A stretch of 32,000 bases of DNA from Ruminococcus albus 7 = DSM 20455 (GCF_000179635.2 NC_014833.1:300001-332000); one strand, 5' to 3'. Shown: positions 9,870 through 19,247, numbered from the stretch's first letter. The notes: generated by a model from the sequence alone, not told the origin. A program made the numbers and translations.

Positions 9870-9894
9870 ACGCTCCTCCTTTGCGGTCGCTGTG

Positions 9895-11328
9895 TCAGTC
9901 GCTCTCTCTCAATCTTTTTGCAAGCTTCTTCGCAAGCTTGTAAACGTCGCCGCATCCGAAGGTGATAAGTATATCTCCGTCCTCAGCGTTCTTCATTATA
10001 TAATCGATACATTCATCGAAGTTCTTTTCCTTCTGCTCGGCAGTCTGCTTGTCAACTACCTCATGCGGTGTATCGAACCAGACAGCGTTCCTTGTTTTTT
10101 CGCCAAGCATCTCTGTGTATATGCCGTGGTCATTCTTTTCACGGCTGCCCATAATATCGGTTATAACTGAAATATCAGCTATCTCCAGCGCTCTGGCAAA
10201 ATCATCCATGAGTATCTCTGTGCGCGAATAGGTAAATGGCTGGAACACTGCCCATACTCTCTTGAAATCAAGACTTTTTGCGGCTCTCAGTGTTACCTCG
10301 ATCTCCTTGGGGTGATGTGCATAGTCATCGACTATGGTAAGACCTCTGACCTTGTCTATCAGCTGGAAACGTCTTATAGCCCCATGGAAGCTTGAAAGTC
10401 CCTTAGCTGCGGCTTCAAATGAGATGCCCGAATATCTTGCGGCAGCAAGTGCAGCAAGTGCGTTGAGCACATTGTGGTTGCCGGGGACGTTTATCTCGAT
10501 CTCTCCAAGAGACTCACCCTTGAAAAATGCAGTGAACCTGGTCACAAGCCCTTTCTTTGAAATGATCTCTGCGGAGTAATCGTTTGCTTTGTTCCAGCCG
10601 AAGCTGATAAGCTCCTTGCCGGATATGCCTTCCAGTGCCTTGCGGGTATTTGCATCATCGCCGTTGTATATAACAGCGCTGCTTGCCATATCAGCGAATG
10701 TGTGGAAGCTTTTTATGATATTTTCTATATTCTTGAAATATTCCAGATGGTCTGCATCAACATTGAGTATTATCGCACAGTCGGGGTGCAGCTTCAGAAA
10801 ATGATCCTGATACTCGCAGGCTTCGCAAACCATATCCTTTGACTTGCCTGCTCTTCCTGAACCGCCTATGCTTGGGAGCTTTCCGCCGATAACACAGCTT
10901 ACGTCCTCACCTGCGTCAACGAATATCTGTGTGAGCATCGAGGATGTTGTCGTTTTGCCGTGAGTGCCGCAGACGCACAGTGCATTTTCGTACCATCCTG
11001 TTATTACACCGAGTATGTCCGCACGCTCGCATACTATCGCTCCGCTTTCTTTTGCAGCTATAAGCTCGGGATTATCAGCCATTATAGCTGCGGTATATAT
11101 TATAAGCTCAGCACCCTCGATATTCTCTGCCCTCTGACCGAGAAATACCTTTATGCCCAGCTTGCGTACAGCTTCAAGAGTTTCTGTTTCGTTATTGTCC
11201 GAGCCTGTTATCTCATAGCCCTTTGCGTGGAATATCTGCGCCAGCGGATACATTCCGGAACCGCCGATGCCTATAAAATGAACTCGCTTTATTTTGCCGA
11301 GTGCTTCTTCTGTTAGTGCCGAACTCAT
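9895..11328 (-). CDS. murC: UDP-N-acetylmuramate--L-alanine ligase
   Basis: Start placed at 11328 (AGGAGGAACTTTACTATG; MSSALTEE...). Motifs: HFIGIGGSGM, P-loop GTHGKTTTSSM, DDYAHHP. Confidence 0.95.
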   Translation of the reverse strand: MSSALTEEALGKIKRVHFIGIGGSGMYPLAQIFHAKGYEITGSDNNETETLEAVRKLGIKVFLGQRAENIEGAELIIYTAAIMADNPELIAAKESGAIVCERADILGVITGWYENALCVCGTHGKTTTSSMLTQIFVDAGEDVSCVIGGKLPSIGGSGRAGKSKDMVCEACEYQDHFLKLHPDCAIILNVDADHLEYFKNIENIIKSFHTFADMASSAVIYNGDDANTRKALEGISGKELISFGWNKANDYSAEIISKKGLVTRFTAFFKGESLGEIEINVPGNHNVLNALAALAAARYSGISFEAAAKGLSSFHGAIRRFQLIDKVRGLTIVDDYAHHPKEIEVTLRAAKSLDFKRVWAVFQPFTYSRTEILMDDFARALEIADISVITDIMGSREKNDHGIYTEMLGEKTRNAVWFDTPHEVVDKQTAEQKEKNFDECIDYIMKNAEDGDILITFGCGDVYKLAKKLAKRLRESD

Positions 11329-11695
11329 AGTAAAGTTCCTCCTGAATGAAAACATTTATTCTATTATATTATACTACACTTTCGCAAAAAAATATTGACA
11401 AATTAAGAACATTTATTTGCCACGTGGTAAACATATTTACACAGAACATTTTTAGTTAATAATTTTACTTGGCATAGGCGGTATCAGATGTGTTTTTCTG
11501 CGTGCGTATGCATAATAAGAGAATTTAAACCGTAGTGCTTTCTGATAGAAAGCGTATACTCTGTTGTGCCGTGGTCATCAAAAAGAATACGTTAAAAGGA
11601 TGTATCCTGTTTTTAAAGTAAACGTTTTCCAATGTACGAATGATAGGATATGTTAAGAAAAGTATAGTATATACTATTCAAATCCGCGGGCGGTG

Positions 11696-11704
11696 TGCTA
11701 TAAT
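11696..11704 (+). promoter_or_regulatory. Extended -10 element (TGCTATAAT) upstream of the ABC exporter pair
   Basis: TGnTATAAT lies 62 nt upstream of the ATG at 11766. The -35 is weak (TTCAAA, 11677-11682) and overlapped by a 14-bp palindrome. Confidence 0.35.
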
Positions 11705-11765
11705 GAATAATATTTCGGAAAAAAAGAGGATAGTTTAAGAAAGGCTACGGCCAGGGAGGAAGAAT

Positions 11766-13544
11766 ATGTTTCAGCTGAGATGGCTGTGGGCTAACCTGAA
11801 AGGCAGCCGTGCGGTCTATATCTGCGCACTGGTGCTTTCGGTTGTCTGCAACGGATTGTATATTGCCACACCATATTTTCAATCAAGAATAATCGATACT
11901 TTCATTTCAAATGAGAACGCTGCGGAAAACCTCCGCGATCACAGGGATCTGCTGCTGTGGCTGATAGTCGGAATGATAGGTATAACGTTCCTGCGTACTG
12001 CGCTTACCTATACCTGCAATATGTACTACGAAAAAGCATCGCAGTCTATGATATACAGGATACGTACTCACCTGTTCCGCAAGATAGAGAATCAGGATAT
12101 GGATTTCTATGACCGTTATCGCACAGGTGACCTTATGACAAGACTTACAGGTGACCTGGATATGGTAAGGCACATGGTATCCTGGGTAATAAGCAACTGT
12201 GTATCCAGTATCGCGCTGTTTACAGCTTCTATGGTATACTTTTTTACCATAGATTTCCGTACAGCACTTTGCATCATGGCGATGACACCAGCCATATTCA
12301 TTGTCACCAGACTGTTCTCGCGTCAGGCAGGTCCTGCTTACCGTAAGGTCAGGGAAACATCATCAGCACTTAACACCGCCGCACAGGAGAATATCTCCGG
12401 AAACCGCGTTGTAAAGGCTTTTGCAAAGGAAGACTACGAGATAGAAAAGTTCCGTCAGAAGGATGAGGAATACAAAGAATCCAACATAAAGGCGGCTATG
12501 GTATGGCTGAAATATCATCCTTTCATAGATATCGCTGCAGGTGCACTGAGCGTTATACTGCTCATGTGCGGCGGATATTTTATGATACGTCAGCATCTGA
12601 CTATGGGACAGTATGTAGCTATATCAGGACTTTTATGGGCTGTAAGCAATCCCATGAGAAATCTGGGCACGTATGTCAATGACTTCCATCGTTTTATGGC
12701 ATCAGCGGGCAAGGTCATCGAGATATACTACGAAGCACCGCGTATCGTTGACAGAGTGGATGCAGCTGAAAACAAGGAAAAGCTCCGCGGTGATATAGAA
12801 TTCAGGAACGTTACCTTCTCAATAGGTGATAAGAAGATACTTGATAATGTCAGCTTCCGCATAAATGCAGGCGAGACCGTTGTCATAATGGGTGAAACAG
12901 GCAGCGGAAAGACTACCCTTGTCAATCTTATCCCGAGATTCTTTGACTGCGACAAGGGCGAGGTACTGGTGGACGGCAAGAATGTTCGTATGCATAAGCT
13001 CCATACCCTCAGAAGCAGCATAGGCATCGCGACACAGGATGTTCTCCTTTACTCCGATACCATAGATTCAAATATAGCCTACGGTGACAGTGATATGGAA
13101 GAAGCTTATGTTAAGCGCTGTGCAGAGCTTTCTGCTGCCAGCGAATTCATAGAGAAGCTTCCGGATAAATATGAAACTATCGTTGGTGAGCGCGGTGTGG
13201 GCCTTTCGGGCGGTCAGAAACAGCGTATCTCTCTGGCGAGAGCGATAGCTGTCAGACCTGCTGTGCTGATACTCGATGATACTACATCCGCGGTAGATAT
13301 GGAAACAGAGCACTATATACAGCAAAGCCTTAACGGCGGACTCGATTTTGAATGTACCAAGATAATGATAGCGCAGAGGATATCTTCATCAAAAAATGCT
13401 GATAAGATAATCATACTCGAAAACGGAAAAATAGCCGATATGGGCACACATGAGGAGCTTATCAGACGCAAAGGCTATTACAGACAGATATACGAACTCC
13501 AGAGCGGCATAAACTGTGCTGCTGAAAGCGAGGTGACGGTATAA
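11766..13544 (+). CDS. ABC exporter half-transporter (TMD-NBD), subunit with non-canonical catalytic residues
   Basis: 592 aa with a six-helix type-I exporter TMD, Walker A GETGSGKTT and signature LSGGQKQR. Walker B reads LILDDTTS (Asp where the catalytic Glu is expected) and the H-loop position reads IAQRISS (Gln for His). Confidence 0.93.
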   Translation: MFQLRWLWANLKGSRAVYICALVLSVVCNGLYIATPYFQSRIIDTFISNENAAENLRDHRDLLLWLIVGMIGITFLRTALTYTCNMYYEKASQSMIYRIRTHLFRKIENQDMDFYDRYRTGDLMTRLTGDLDMVRHMVSWVISNCVSSIALFTASMVYFFTIDFRTALCIMAMTPAIFIVTRLFSRQAGPAYRKVRETSSALNTAAQENISGNRVVKAFAKEDYEIEKFRQKDEEYKESNIKAAMVWLKYHPFIDIAAGALSVILLMCGGYFMIRQHLTMGQYVAISGLLWAVSNPMRNLGTYVNDFHRFMASAGKVIEIYYEAPRIVDRVDAAENKEKLRGDIEFRNVTFSIGDKKILDNVSFRINAGETVVIMGETGSGKTTLVNLIPRFFDCDKGEVLVDGKNVRMHKLHTLRSSIGIATQDVLLYSDTIDSNIAYGDSDMEEAYVKRCAELSAASEFIEKLPDKYETIVGERGVGLSGGQKQRISLARAIAVRPAVLILDDTTSAVDMETEHYIQQSLNGGLDFECTKIMIAQRISSSKNADKIIILENGKIADMGTHEELIRRKGYYRQIYELQSGINCAAESEVTV

Positions 13545-15313
13545 TGGCAAGAAATAAGTACGATGTGGATGAACAGCTTGAAAAGCCTTTTGACTTTGCC
13601 CACCTGAAGCGTTCATACGTATACATAAAAAAATACAGGAAAAAGATGATACTTTCACTGTTGATAAGTATGGCGGCTGCGGTGTTCGGGCTTATGGGGC
13701 CGCTGATAACTCAGCGTGCGCTGGATGTCACTATACCGCAGAAGAATGTAAAGGAGCTTATGCTGCTGGGCGGTGCGCTGCTTCTTTGCACCATACTGGG
13801 TACAGTGCTCGGCAATATCCGCGGACGTATCATGACTGTTGTAGGTCAGGATATAATCTTCGATATCCGTGAGGATCTCTTTGCACATTTACAGAAACTT
13901 CCATTTACTTACTATGATGATCGTCCGCACGGAAAGATACTGATAAGAGTTATAAATTACGTCAACTCTGTATCGGATATGCTCTCGAACGGTATAATCA
14001 ATTTTGTCATGGAGATATTGAATATGCTGTTCATACTTGTCTTCATGCTGATAGTCAGCCCAAGGCTGACACTGGTAGCGATGTCCGGTCTGCCCATATT
14101 TATAATGGTAATGTTTGCTATAAAGAAACAGCAGCGCAGGGCGTGGCAGGAGGTGTCAAACAAATCCTCAAATATGAATGCTTATCTGCAGGAAAATATC
14201 GTCGGTGCAAGGATAACTCAGGTGTTCACCCGTGAGGAGGAAAATGCTGAGATATATGATAAGCTGAACGAAAAATACCGCACTGCATGGATGAGGGCTG
14301 TAAAGTACTCTAACCTGGTATGGCCTGCTACGGATAATATATCAACTGCTATAAGAGCAGCTCTTTTCATCGTGGGTCTTCTGGTACTCCCGCGTGAAAC
14401 AGTATCTCTCGGAGTACTGGCGGCTATGACGGGTTATGCTGGTCGTTTCTGGCAGCCTATAATGAATATATCAAATATAATGAACAACTTCATAAACAAT
14501 ATAGCTTATCTGGAGCGTATATTTGAAACGCTGGACGAGCCTGTCACAATTACCGACAAGGAAGATGCTTCTGAACTTGGGGATATAACAGGTCAGGTAA
14601 GCTTTGAAGATGTTACATTTGGCTACGAAGAAGGTATAAACGTACTGGAGCATCTTTCTTTTGATGTCAAGGCAGGCGAAAGTATAGCGCTGGTTGGACC
14701 AACAGGTGCCGGCAAATCGACTATAGTATCCCTGATATCCAGATTCTACGATATCAAACACGGCAGGATAACAGTTGATGGTGTTCCGATATCTGATGTT
14801 ACATTGAAGTCGCTGCGTTCGCAGATGGGTATAATGCTTCAGGACAGCTTTATATTCAGCGGAACTATAATGGATAACATAAGATACAGCAGGCAGGAGG
14901 CTACCGAGGAAGAGGTACGTGAAGCCGCAAGAACTGTCTGCGCAGATGAATTCATCAGCCGAATGGATATGGGTTACGAAACTCAGGTAAACGAGCGCGG
15001 CAGTAAGCTTTCCGGTGGTGAGAAACAGCTTATAAGCTTTGCAAGGACGCTCCTCAGTGATCCCAAGATACTGGTGCTCGATGAGGCGACTTCTTCGATA
15101 GATGCCAAGACAGAGGCTCTGTTACAGAAGGGTATAGAGCAGCTGCTTAAAGGCAGGACATCGTTTATAATCGCACACCGACTTTCAACAATACGCAATT
15201 GTGACCGCATAATGTACATTGACGAAAAAGGTATACTTGAAAGCGGCACCCACGATGAGCTTATGGAAAAGCGCGGTGCATATTATGAACTATATACATC
15301 GCAGTCAGCGTAG
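13544..15313 (+). CDS. ABC exporter half-transporter (TMD-NBD), canonical-ATPase partner
   Basis: 589 aa. The start overlaps the upstream stop (TAATG). Motifs: Walker A GPTGAGKST, Walker B LVLDEATS, H-loop IIAHRLST, and a deviant signature LSGGEKQL. Confidence 0.93.
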   Translation: MARNKYDVDEQLEKPFDFAHLKRSYVYIKKYRKKMILSLLISMAAAVFGLMGPLITQRALDVTIPQKNVKELMLLGGALLLCTILGTVLGNIRGRIMTVVGQDIIFDIREDLFAHLQKLPFTYYDDRPHGKILIRVINYVNSVSDMLSNGIINFVMEILNMLFILVFMLIVSPRLTLVAMSGLPIFIMVMFAIKKQQRRAWQEVSNKSSNMNAYLQENIVGARITQVFTREEENAEIYDKLNEKYRTAWMRAVKYSNLVWPATDNISTAIRAALFIVGLLVLPRETVSLGVLAAMTGYAGRFWQPIMNISNIMNNFINNIAYLERIFETLDEPVTITDKEDASELGDITGQVSFEDVTFGYEEGINVLEHLSFDVKAGESIALVGPTGAGKSTIVSLISRFYDIKHGRITVDGVPISDVTLKSLRSQMGIMLQDSFIFSGTIMDNIRYSRQEATEEEVREAARTVCADEFISRMDMGYETQVNERGSKLSGGEKQLISFARTLLSDPKILVLDEATSSIDAKTEALLQKGIEQLLKGRTSFIIAHRLSTIRNCDRIMYIDEKGILESGTHDELMEKRGAYYELYTSQSA

Positions 15314-15327
15314 AATCACATATTATA

Positions 15328-15356
15328 AAGACAGCCCGCGGCGGCTGTCTTTTTTT
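15328..15356 (+). terminator. Rho-independent terminator of the ABC operon
   Basis: AAGACAGCC-cgcggc-GGCTGTCTT followed by a T-run. Confidence 0.8.
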
Positions 15357-15407
15357 GCACAAAAAAACTTTGCGGCTTAGTGCAGAGTTACAGCTGATCT
15401 TTTATAC

Positions 15408-15441
15408 ATAAAAAAGACAGCCGGTGTTATCCGACTGTCTT
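15408..15441 (-). terminator. Rho-independent terminator of the LRR-dockerin gene
   Basis: The minus strand reads AAGACAGTCGGATAACACCGGCTGTCTT followed by TTTTTT. It is convergent with the ABC operon terminator. Confidence 0.75.
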
Positions 15442-15459
15442 GTAATTATATCAATTTTA

Positions 15460-18400
15460 TCAGCTCAGGAGCTTCTTGCCCTTTACGTGAGCTGCGATCT
15501 TGGAAAGATCTGAAACGTTAACGCTGCCGTCGCCGTTTACATCAGCTGACATGAAGCGAGTGCTGTTGATCTGCTTTTTGCCCTTGATGTGAGCTGCGAT
15601 CTTACTGATATCTGCAACGTTTACTGTGCCGTCGCCTGTAACATCACCGGGGATATAATCATTCAGTGTAGATTTATCAGCAACCGTAAGTGTGATGCTG
15701 GCAACTGCTGTGCCGTTAGCGTTTGTGACTTTGATAGTAGTAACGCCCTTGCTCTTGAATGTTACCTTACCAGTGTTGTCAATGACAGCAACTTCAACAT
15801 CGCTGGAGGACCAAATGAGGTTGTCAGCAGCTTCTTTGCCGCTTGCAGTAGTCTGCTTGCAGCCGAAGGTGTAGGTCTTATCATTGATAGCCAGCTGAAC
15901 GCCGCCGGTGAGGACATTGCCGCCCTTGGAGATTATTTCCAGCTTAGCAGCTGCACGGTCGTTATCAATGAATGTTACCTTTGAAGTGTTTTTACTAGCA
16001 TAGGCCTCTGCGGTAGAGCCGGTGGTTCCGTACAGTGTGATCTTGCCCTTGTCTTTTGCGAATATGACCTTATTTTCAGGGAAAATCACAGAGCCGTTCT
16101 TACCGAAGTCAACGCCCTCAAGGCTATGGCAGTCATTGAATGCCTTTTCTTCGATGTATTGCAGACCTTCATTGAGTACAACGTTTTTCAAATTACTGTT
16201 TACACAAGCATAAGACTTGATGGTTTTAACGGTACTGGGTACAGCGTAAGTAGGATCCTTCTTGTTGATAGGACGATTGTAGAGGATCGTCATATCTTTG
16301 CTGTAAAGTATGCCGTCAACACTCTTATAATTGGGGTTGTTTGAATGTACTCTTATAGCTTCAAGAGGAGTATAGCCGTTCTCCTCGACCTTAGCGTTTC
16401 TGAGGTCGATATTGAACATTGACATAGACAGCGATGTTGCTGATGCAGGAATATTGATCACCTGCATACAGAAGTTGTCAGCGAATACCTTGTCACCGAT
16501 AGATGTCAGGGATTCGGGGAGGGTATATTCGCCGCTTTTAGCGGAAGTTGATCCGAAAGTGTGCAGACGGTTACACTTAGAGAATGCGTAGTCATCAAGC
16601 TTGGTGAGAGAACTCTCGGGGAGTAATACTGTCTTGAGGTTGGTATCATTGCTGAAGCAATACTTTGGTATCTCTATAATGTTGGAACCTGAGAGGTCAA
16701 CTGAGATCAGTGACTTATTATCTGAAAACGTGTATGAGCCAAGGAGTATCTTGTCGCCGTTGGCAGGGGTGCCTATGGTCACCTTTGTAAGTGCTGTCTT
16801 TGTGAATGCGTGAGAATTGATCTTTGTAAGGCTGTCAGGGAATGTGGAATTTGCACTGCCACCCTGGTATGTGAATACAGCCAGCTTCTCATCGCCGTTA
16901 AAGGCACTGGTGTCGATAGTAGCGAGTGCGGATCCCTTTTCCCAAAGTACCTTTTCAAGCGTTTTGCATCCGCTGAATGCGCTGTTGCCTATAACCGTAA
17001 CGTTCTTGGGTATGAAAGCTTCTGTAAGGCTTGTGCAGTTCTTGAATGTGGAAGCGTTAATTGTATCTATATGCGAGAATGCAGTCTTGCCTTCTTTGGT
17101 GTGAGGCATACTCTTCAGAGATGAGCAGTCTGCAAATGCTGAGTCACGTACCTGCTGGATAGTATCGTTCATGATAACGTCTTCCAGTGCAGTACACTTC
17201 TGGAATGCGGAGATACCGATGGTGGATACACTGCCGAGGAACTGGATGTTCTTAAGAGAATTACACTCAGCGAAAGCATAACTGAATATATCGCGTACAC
17301 CTGTTGGCATAAGGATAGTGTTGTTTGCGTTTCCGCCTTCATTTGAACCAAGCAGACCTTTACACTTATAGAATGCTCTTTCACCTAAAACGGAGAACTG
17401 AGAATTCTTGGCAAAGTTTATGTACTTGATAGAAGGACAGTTTTCAAAGCTGCTCTTCTGAACACCGCCGAGAGATGCAGGGAACTGTATTGTATAAGGA
17501 AGTACAGTCGCATCACTGGGTGTCAGTGTTTCAAGAGAAATGCAGTCCTTGAAAACGCAGCCACTGGGAGTAGATGACGGCGATTTTTCATTTTTACCAA
17601 GTACAGCCAATTTCTTGGATACTACTACGTTCTTCAGTGACTTGCAATCGCAGAAGGTGTTATCATAGAGAGTAGTTACTGCATCCGGTATCTTTATGCT
17701 CTGCAGAGAATTACAAGAGTAGAAAGCATTTCCGCCTATATATGTTGCGGGTGAAATATCCACTTGTGTGATACCTTCGCAATTACTAAAAGTACTATTT
17801 GAGATCACCTGCCATGTGGACGGAAGAACGACTTTGTTCTTGGTCTTGTTAGCATCGGATCTTGGATACAGTGTCAGTACCCAGCAGCCTCCGAAGGCAC
17901 CTTCACCAACATTTGTAAGTTTATCGGAAACCACAACATTCTCGAGCTTGAAACAGTTATTAAAAGCAGAAGCAAGGATAGTGGTATTTGCATTTGGCAG
18001 TTCAATGCTTGTGAGTGATTCGCATTTATTGAAAGTGGATTTTCCTATGGTAGCGCAGGCAGAACCTGTAGCACCACCCTCAAATGCGAAATTTGTGAGT
18101 GCGGTACAGCCGTTGAATGTACCATCGGGTATAATAGTGAAACTTTTGGGCCATGTGAAGTTCTGCAGTGAAGTACATCCACTGAAGAGATTGGTGCCGC
18201 ACGAAATATCAGCGGTGCCGTTTGGCAGTGTGTTTGAGGTGGATCCGTTAACACTTACGGCAGTCAGGCTGGTGCAGTTTGAAAAAGCAGATATGCCGAT
18301 ATAGGAAATAGTATTACTTCCTCGGAAAAATACAGATTCCAGAGCCTTACAGTTGTAGAAGGCATTGTCATCGATTTTGGTAAGTGCTGCAGGGAGATCC

Positions 18401-19047
18401 AGTGTTTTCAGCGCTGTATTGCCTGAAAAAGCACTTCTGCCTATGGTTTTGAGATTTGAACCGAACTTGATGCTCTGTATCTCGACCGTACCATTGAAAG
18501 CAGATGCATCGATATTAACTATATTGGAAAGATCCAGTTTGGTTCCCGATGTACCCTGCAGGTGGTCACAGTTGCTGAATGCGCTGCTGCCTATGGTATT
18601 TATCTTGCTTCCGAAGTTAACTGTCTGGAGAGTTTTACAGCCGGATGCAAAGCTTGCGCCGACATCAGTGATAATGTCATCTGTGAAATTGATGTGTGCA
18701 AGGTTAACATCAGCGGTAAGTGATGTGTTGGGCTTTTTCAGGATGACTTTCTTACCTGAAAGGGAACCGCCCGCATACTCGACAATAGTAGATTTCAGTT
18801 TGCTGAAATTGATGTTCAGTGTCGATACACTGTCAGAAACGCCAAGACAATCAAATATATTTTTGGGGGTTATCTCGATGTCGCCTGAGCTTGTTTCTGA
18901 TATAATGACATAGTCCAGCTCCAGCTTAGCTTTTGCAGCGGAAGCTGTTATCGGCGCTATAGGTGAAAAGCCGAAATTCGTGTTTGCGGGTACGCATGAT
19001 GCTACCATCAGCACAGCAGCTACACCGGCTAAGATCTTCTTTCTCAT
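15460..19047 (-). CDS. Secreted BspA-type leucine-rich-repeat protein with Big_2 domain and C-terminal type-I dockerin (cellulosome-associated, non-catalytic)
   Basis: 1195 aa with a signal peptide (MRKKILAGVAAVLMVASC...ASAA). There are many repeats of about 23 aa of the form I(G/D)xxAFxxCxxLxx(I/V) across about 900 aa. A Big_2-like segment follows (LIWSSSDVEVAVIDNTGKVTFKSKGVTTIKVTNANG), then a duplicated Ca-binding dockerin. Confidence 0.9.
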   Translation of the reverse strand: MRKKILAGVAAVLMVASCVPANTNFGFSPIAPITASAAKAKLELDYVIISETSSGDIEITPKNIFDCLGVSDSVSTLNINFSKLKSTIVEYAGGSLSGKKVILKKPNTSLTADVNLAHINFTDDIITDVGASFASGCKTLQTVNFGSKINTIGSSAFSNCDHLQGTSGTKLDLSNIVNIDASAFNGTVEIQSIKFGSNLKTIGRSAFSGNTALKTLDLPAALTKIDDNAFYNCKALESVFFRGSNTISYIGISAFSNCTSLTAVSVNGSTSNTLPNGTADISCGTNLFSGCTSLQNFTWPKSFTIIPDGTFNGCTALTNFAFEGGATGSACATIGKSTFNKCESLTSIELPNANTTILASAFNNCFKLENVVVSDKLTNVGEGAFGGCWVLTLYPRSDANKTKNKVVLPSTWQVISNSTFSNCEGITQVDISPATYIGGNAFYSCNSLQSIKIPDAVTTLYDNTFCDCKSLKNVVVSKKLAVLGKNEKSPSSTPSGCVFKDCISLETLTPSDATVLPYTIQFPASLGGVQKSSFENCPSIKYINFAKNSQFSVLGERAFYKCKGLLGSNEGGNANNTILMPTGVRDIFSYAFAECNSLKNIQFLGSVSTIGISAFQKCTALEDVIMNDTIQQVRDSAFADCSSLKSMPHTKEGKTAFSHIDTINASTFKNCTSLTEAFIPKNVTVIGNSAFSGCKTLEKVLWEKGSALATIDTSAFNGDEKLAVFTYQGGSANSTFPDSLTKINSHAFTKTALTKVTIGTPANGDKILLGSYTFSDNKSLISVDLSGSNIIEIPKYCFSNDTNLKTVLLPESSLTKLDDYAFSKCNRLHTFGSTSAKSGEYTLPESLTSIGDKVFADNFCMQVINIPASATSLSMSMFNIDLRNAKVEENGYTPLEAIRVHSNNPNYKSVDGILYSKDMTILYNRPINKKDPTYAVPSTVKTIKSYACVNSNLKNVVLNEGLQYIEEKAFNDCHSLEGVDFGKNGSVIFPENKVIFAKDKGKITLYGTTGSTAEAYASKNTSKVTFIDNDRAAAKLEIISKGGNVLTGGVQLAINDKTYTFGCKQTTASGKEAADNLIWSSSDVEVAVIDNTGKVTFKSKGVTTIKVTNANGTAVASITLTVADKSTLNDYIPGDVTGDGTVNVADISKIAAHIKGKKQINSTRFMSADVNGDGSVNVSDLSKIAAHVKGKKLLS
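15463..15663 (-). other. Dockerin module coding segment (two EF-hand-like repeats)
   Basis: GDVTGDGTVNVADISKIAAHIKGKK and ADVNGDGSVNVSDLSKIAAHVKGKK. The duplication is also visible at DNA level. Confidence 0.85.
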
Positions 19048-19119
19048 TTGTTTCTTCCTCCTTCAGGAATGTTCATATGTTATTTTTTTACCCTGAGATC
19101 AGGGTATATGTACAGAGTA

Positions 19120-19148
19120 AGTATAGCACATATTTTACAGTTTTGCAA
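19120..19148 (-). promoter_or_regulatory. Sigma-A type promoter of the LRR-dockerin gene
   Basis: The minus strand reads TTGCAA (19148-19143), a 17-nt spacer, then TATACT (19125-19120) with a TGn extension. Confidence 0.45.
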
Positions 19149-19247
19149 TAGGCTGTATCATTTTTTTTTACTTTCGGTAAATTCCACGATTCGCGTAATA
19201 TACAGGTGATGCGAAGCATATGATATACCGAAAAGGAGGGCTGCTAT

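Noticed and set aside
10075-10090. GAAC-N8-GTTC inside the murC 3' end as a possible LexA box
   Set aside because: The spacing is 8 nt rather than the 4 nt of the Firmicute Cheo box (CGAAC-N4-GTTCG), and the flanks do not match.
11408-11460. GAACATTT half-sites and the GTAAACATATTTAC imperfect palindrome upstream of murC as SOS boxes
   Set aside because: Only GAAC half-sites are present, with no GTTC partner at N4. The palindrome arms (GTAAA/TTTAC) differ from CGAAC/GTTCG at several positions. The region is noted as repeats only.
11488-11535. 15-codon Cys-rich mini-ORF (MCFSACVCIIREFKP) as a possible leader peptide for the ABC exporter
   Set aside because: It has only a marginal SD (AGGCGG), lies upstream of the best promoter candidate, and I could find no linked terminator/antiterminator structure. 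The support is too weak to call.
15463-15663. Direct DNA repeat near the 3' end of the LRR gene as a possible mobile or repeat element
   Set aside because: It is the internal duplication that encodes the two Ca-binding segments of a dockerin module.
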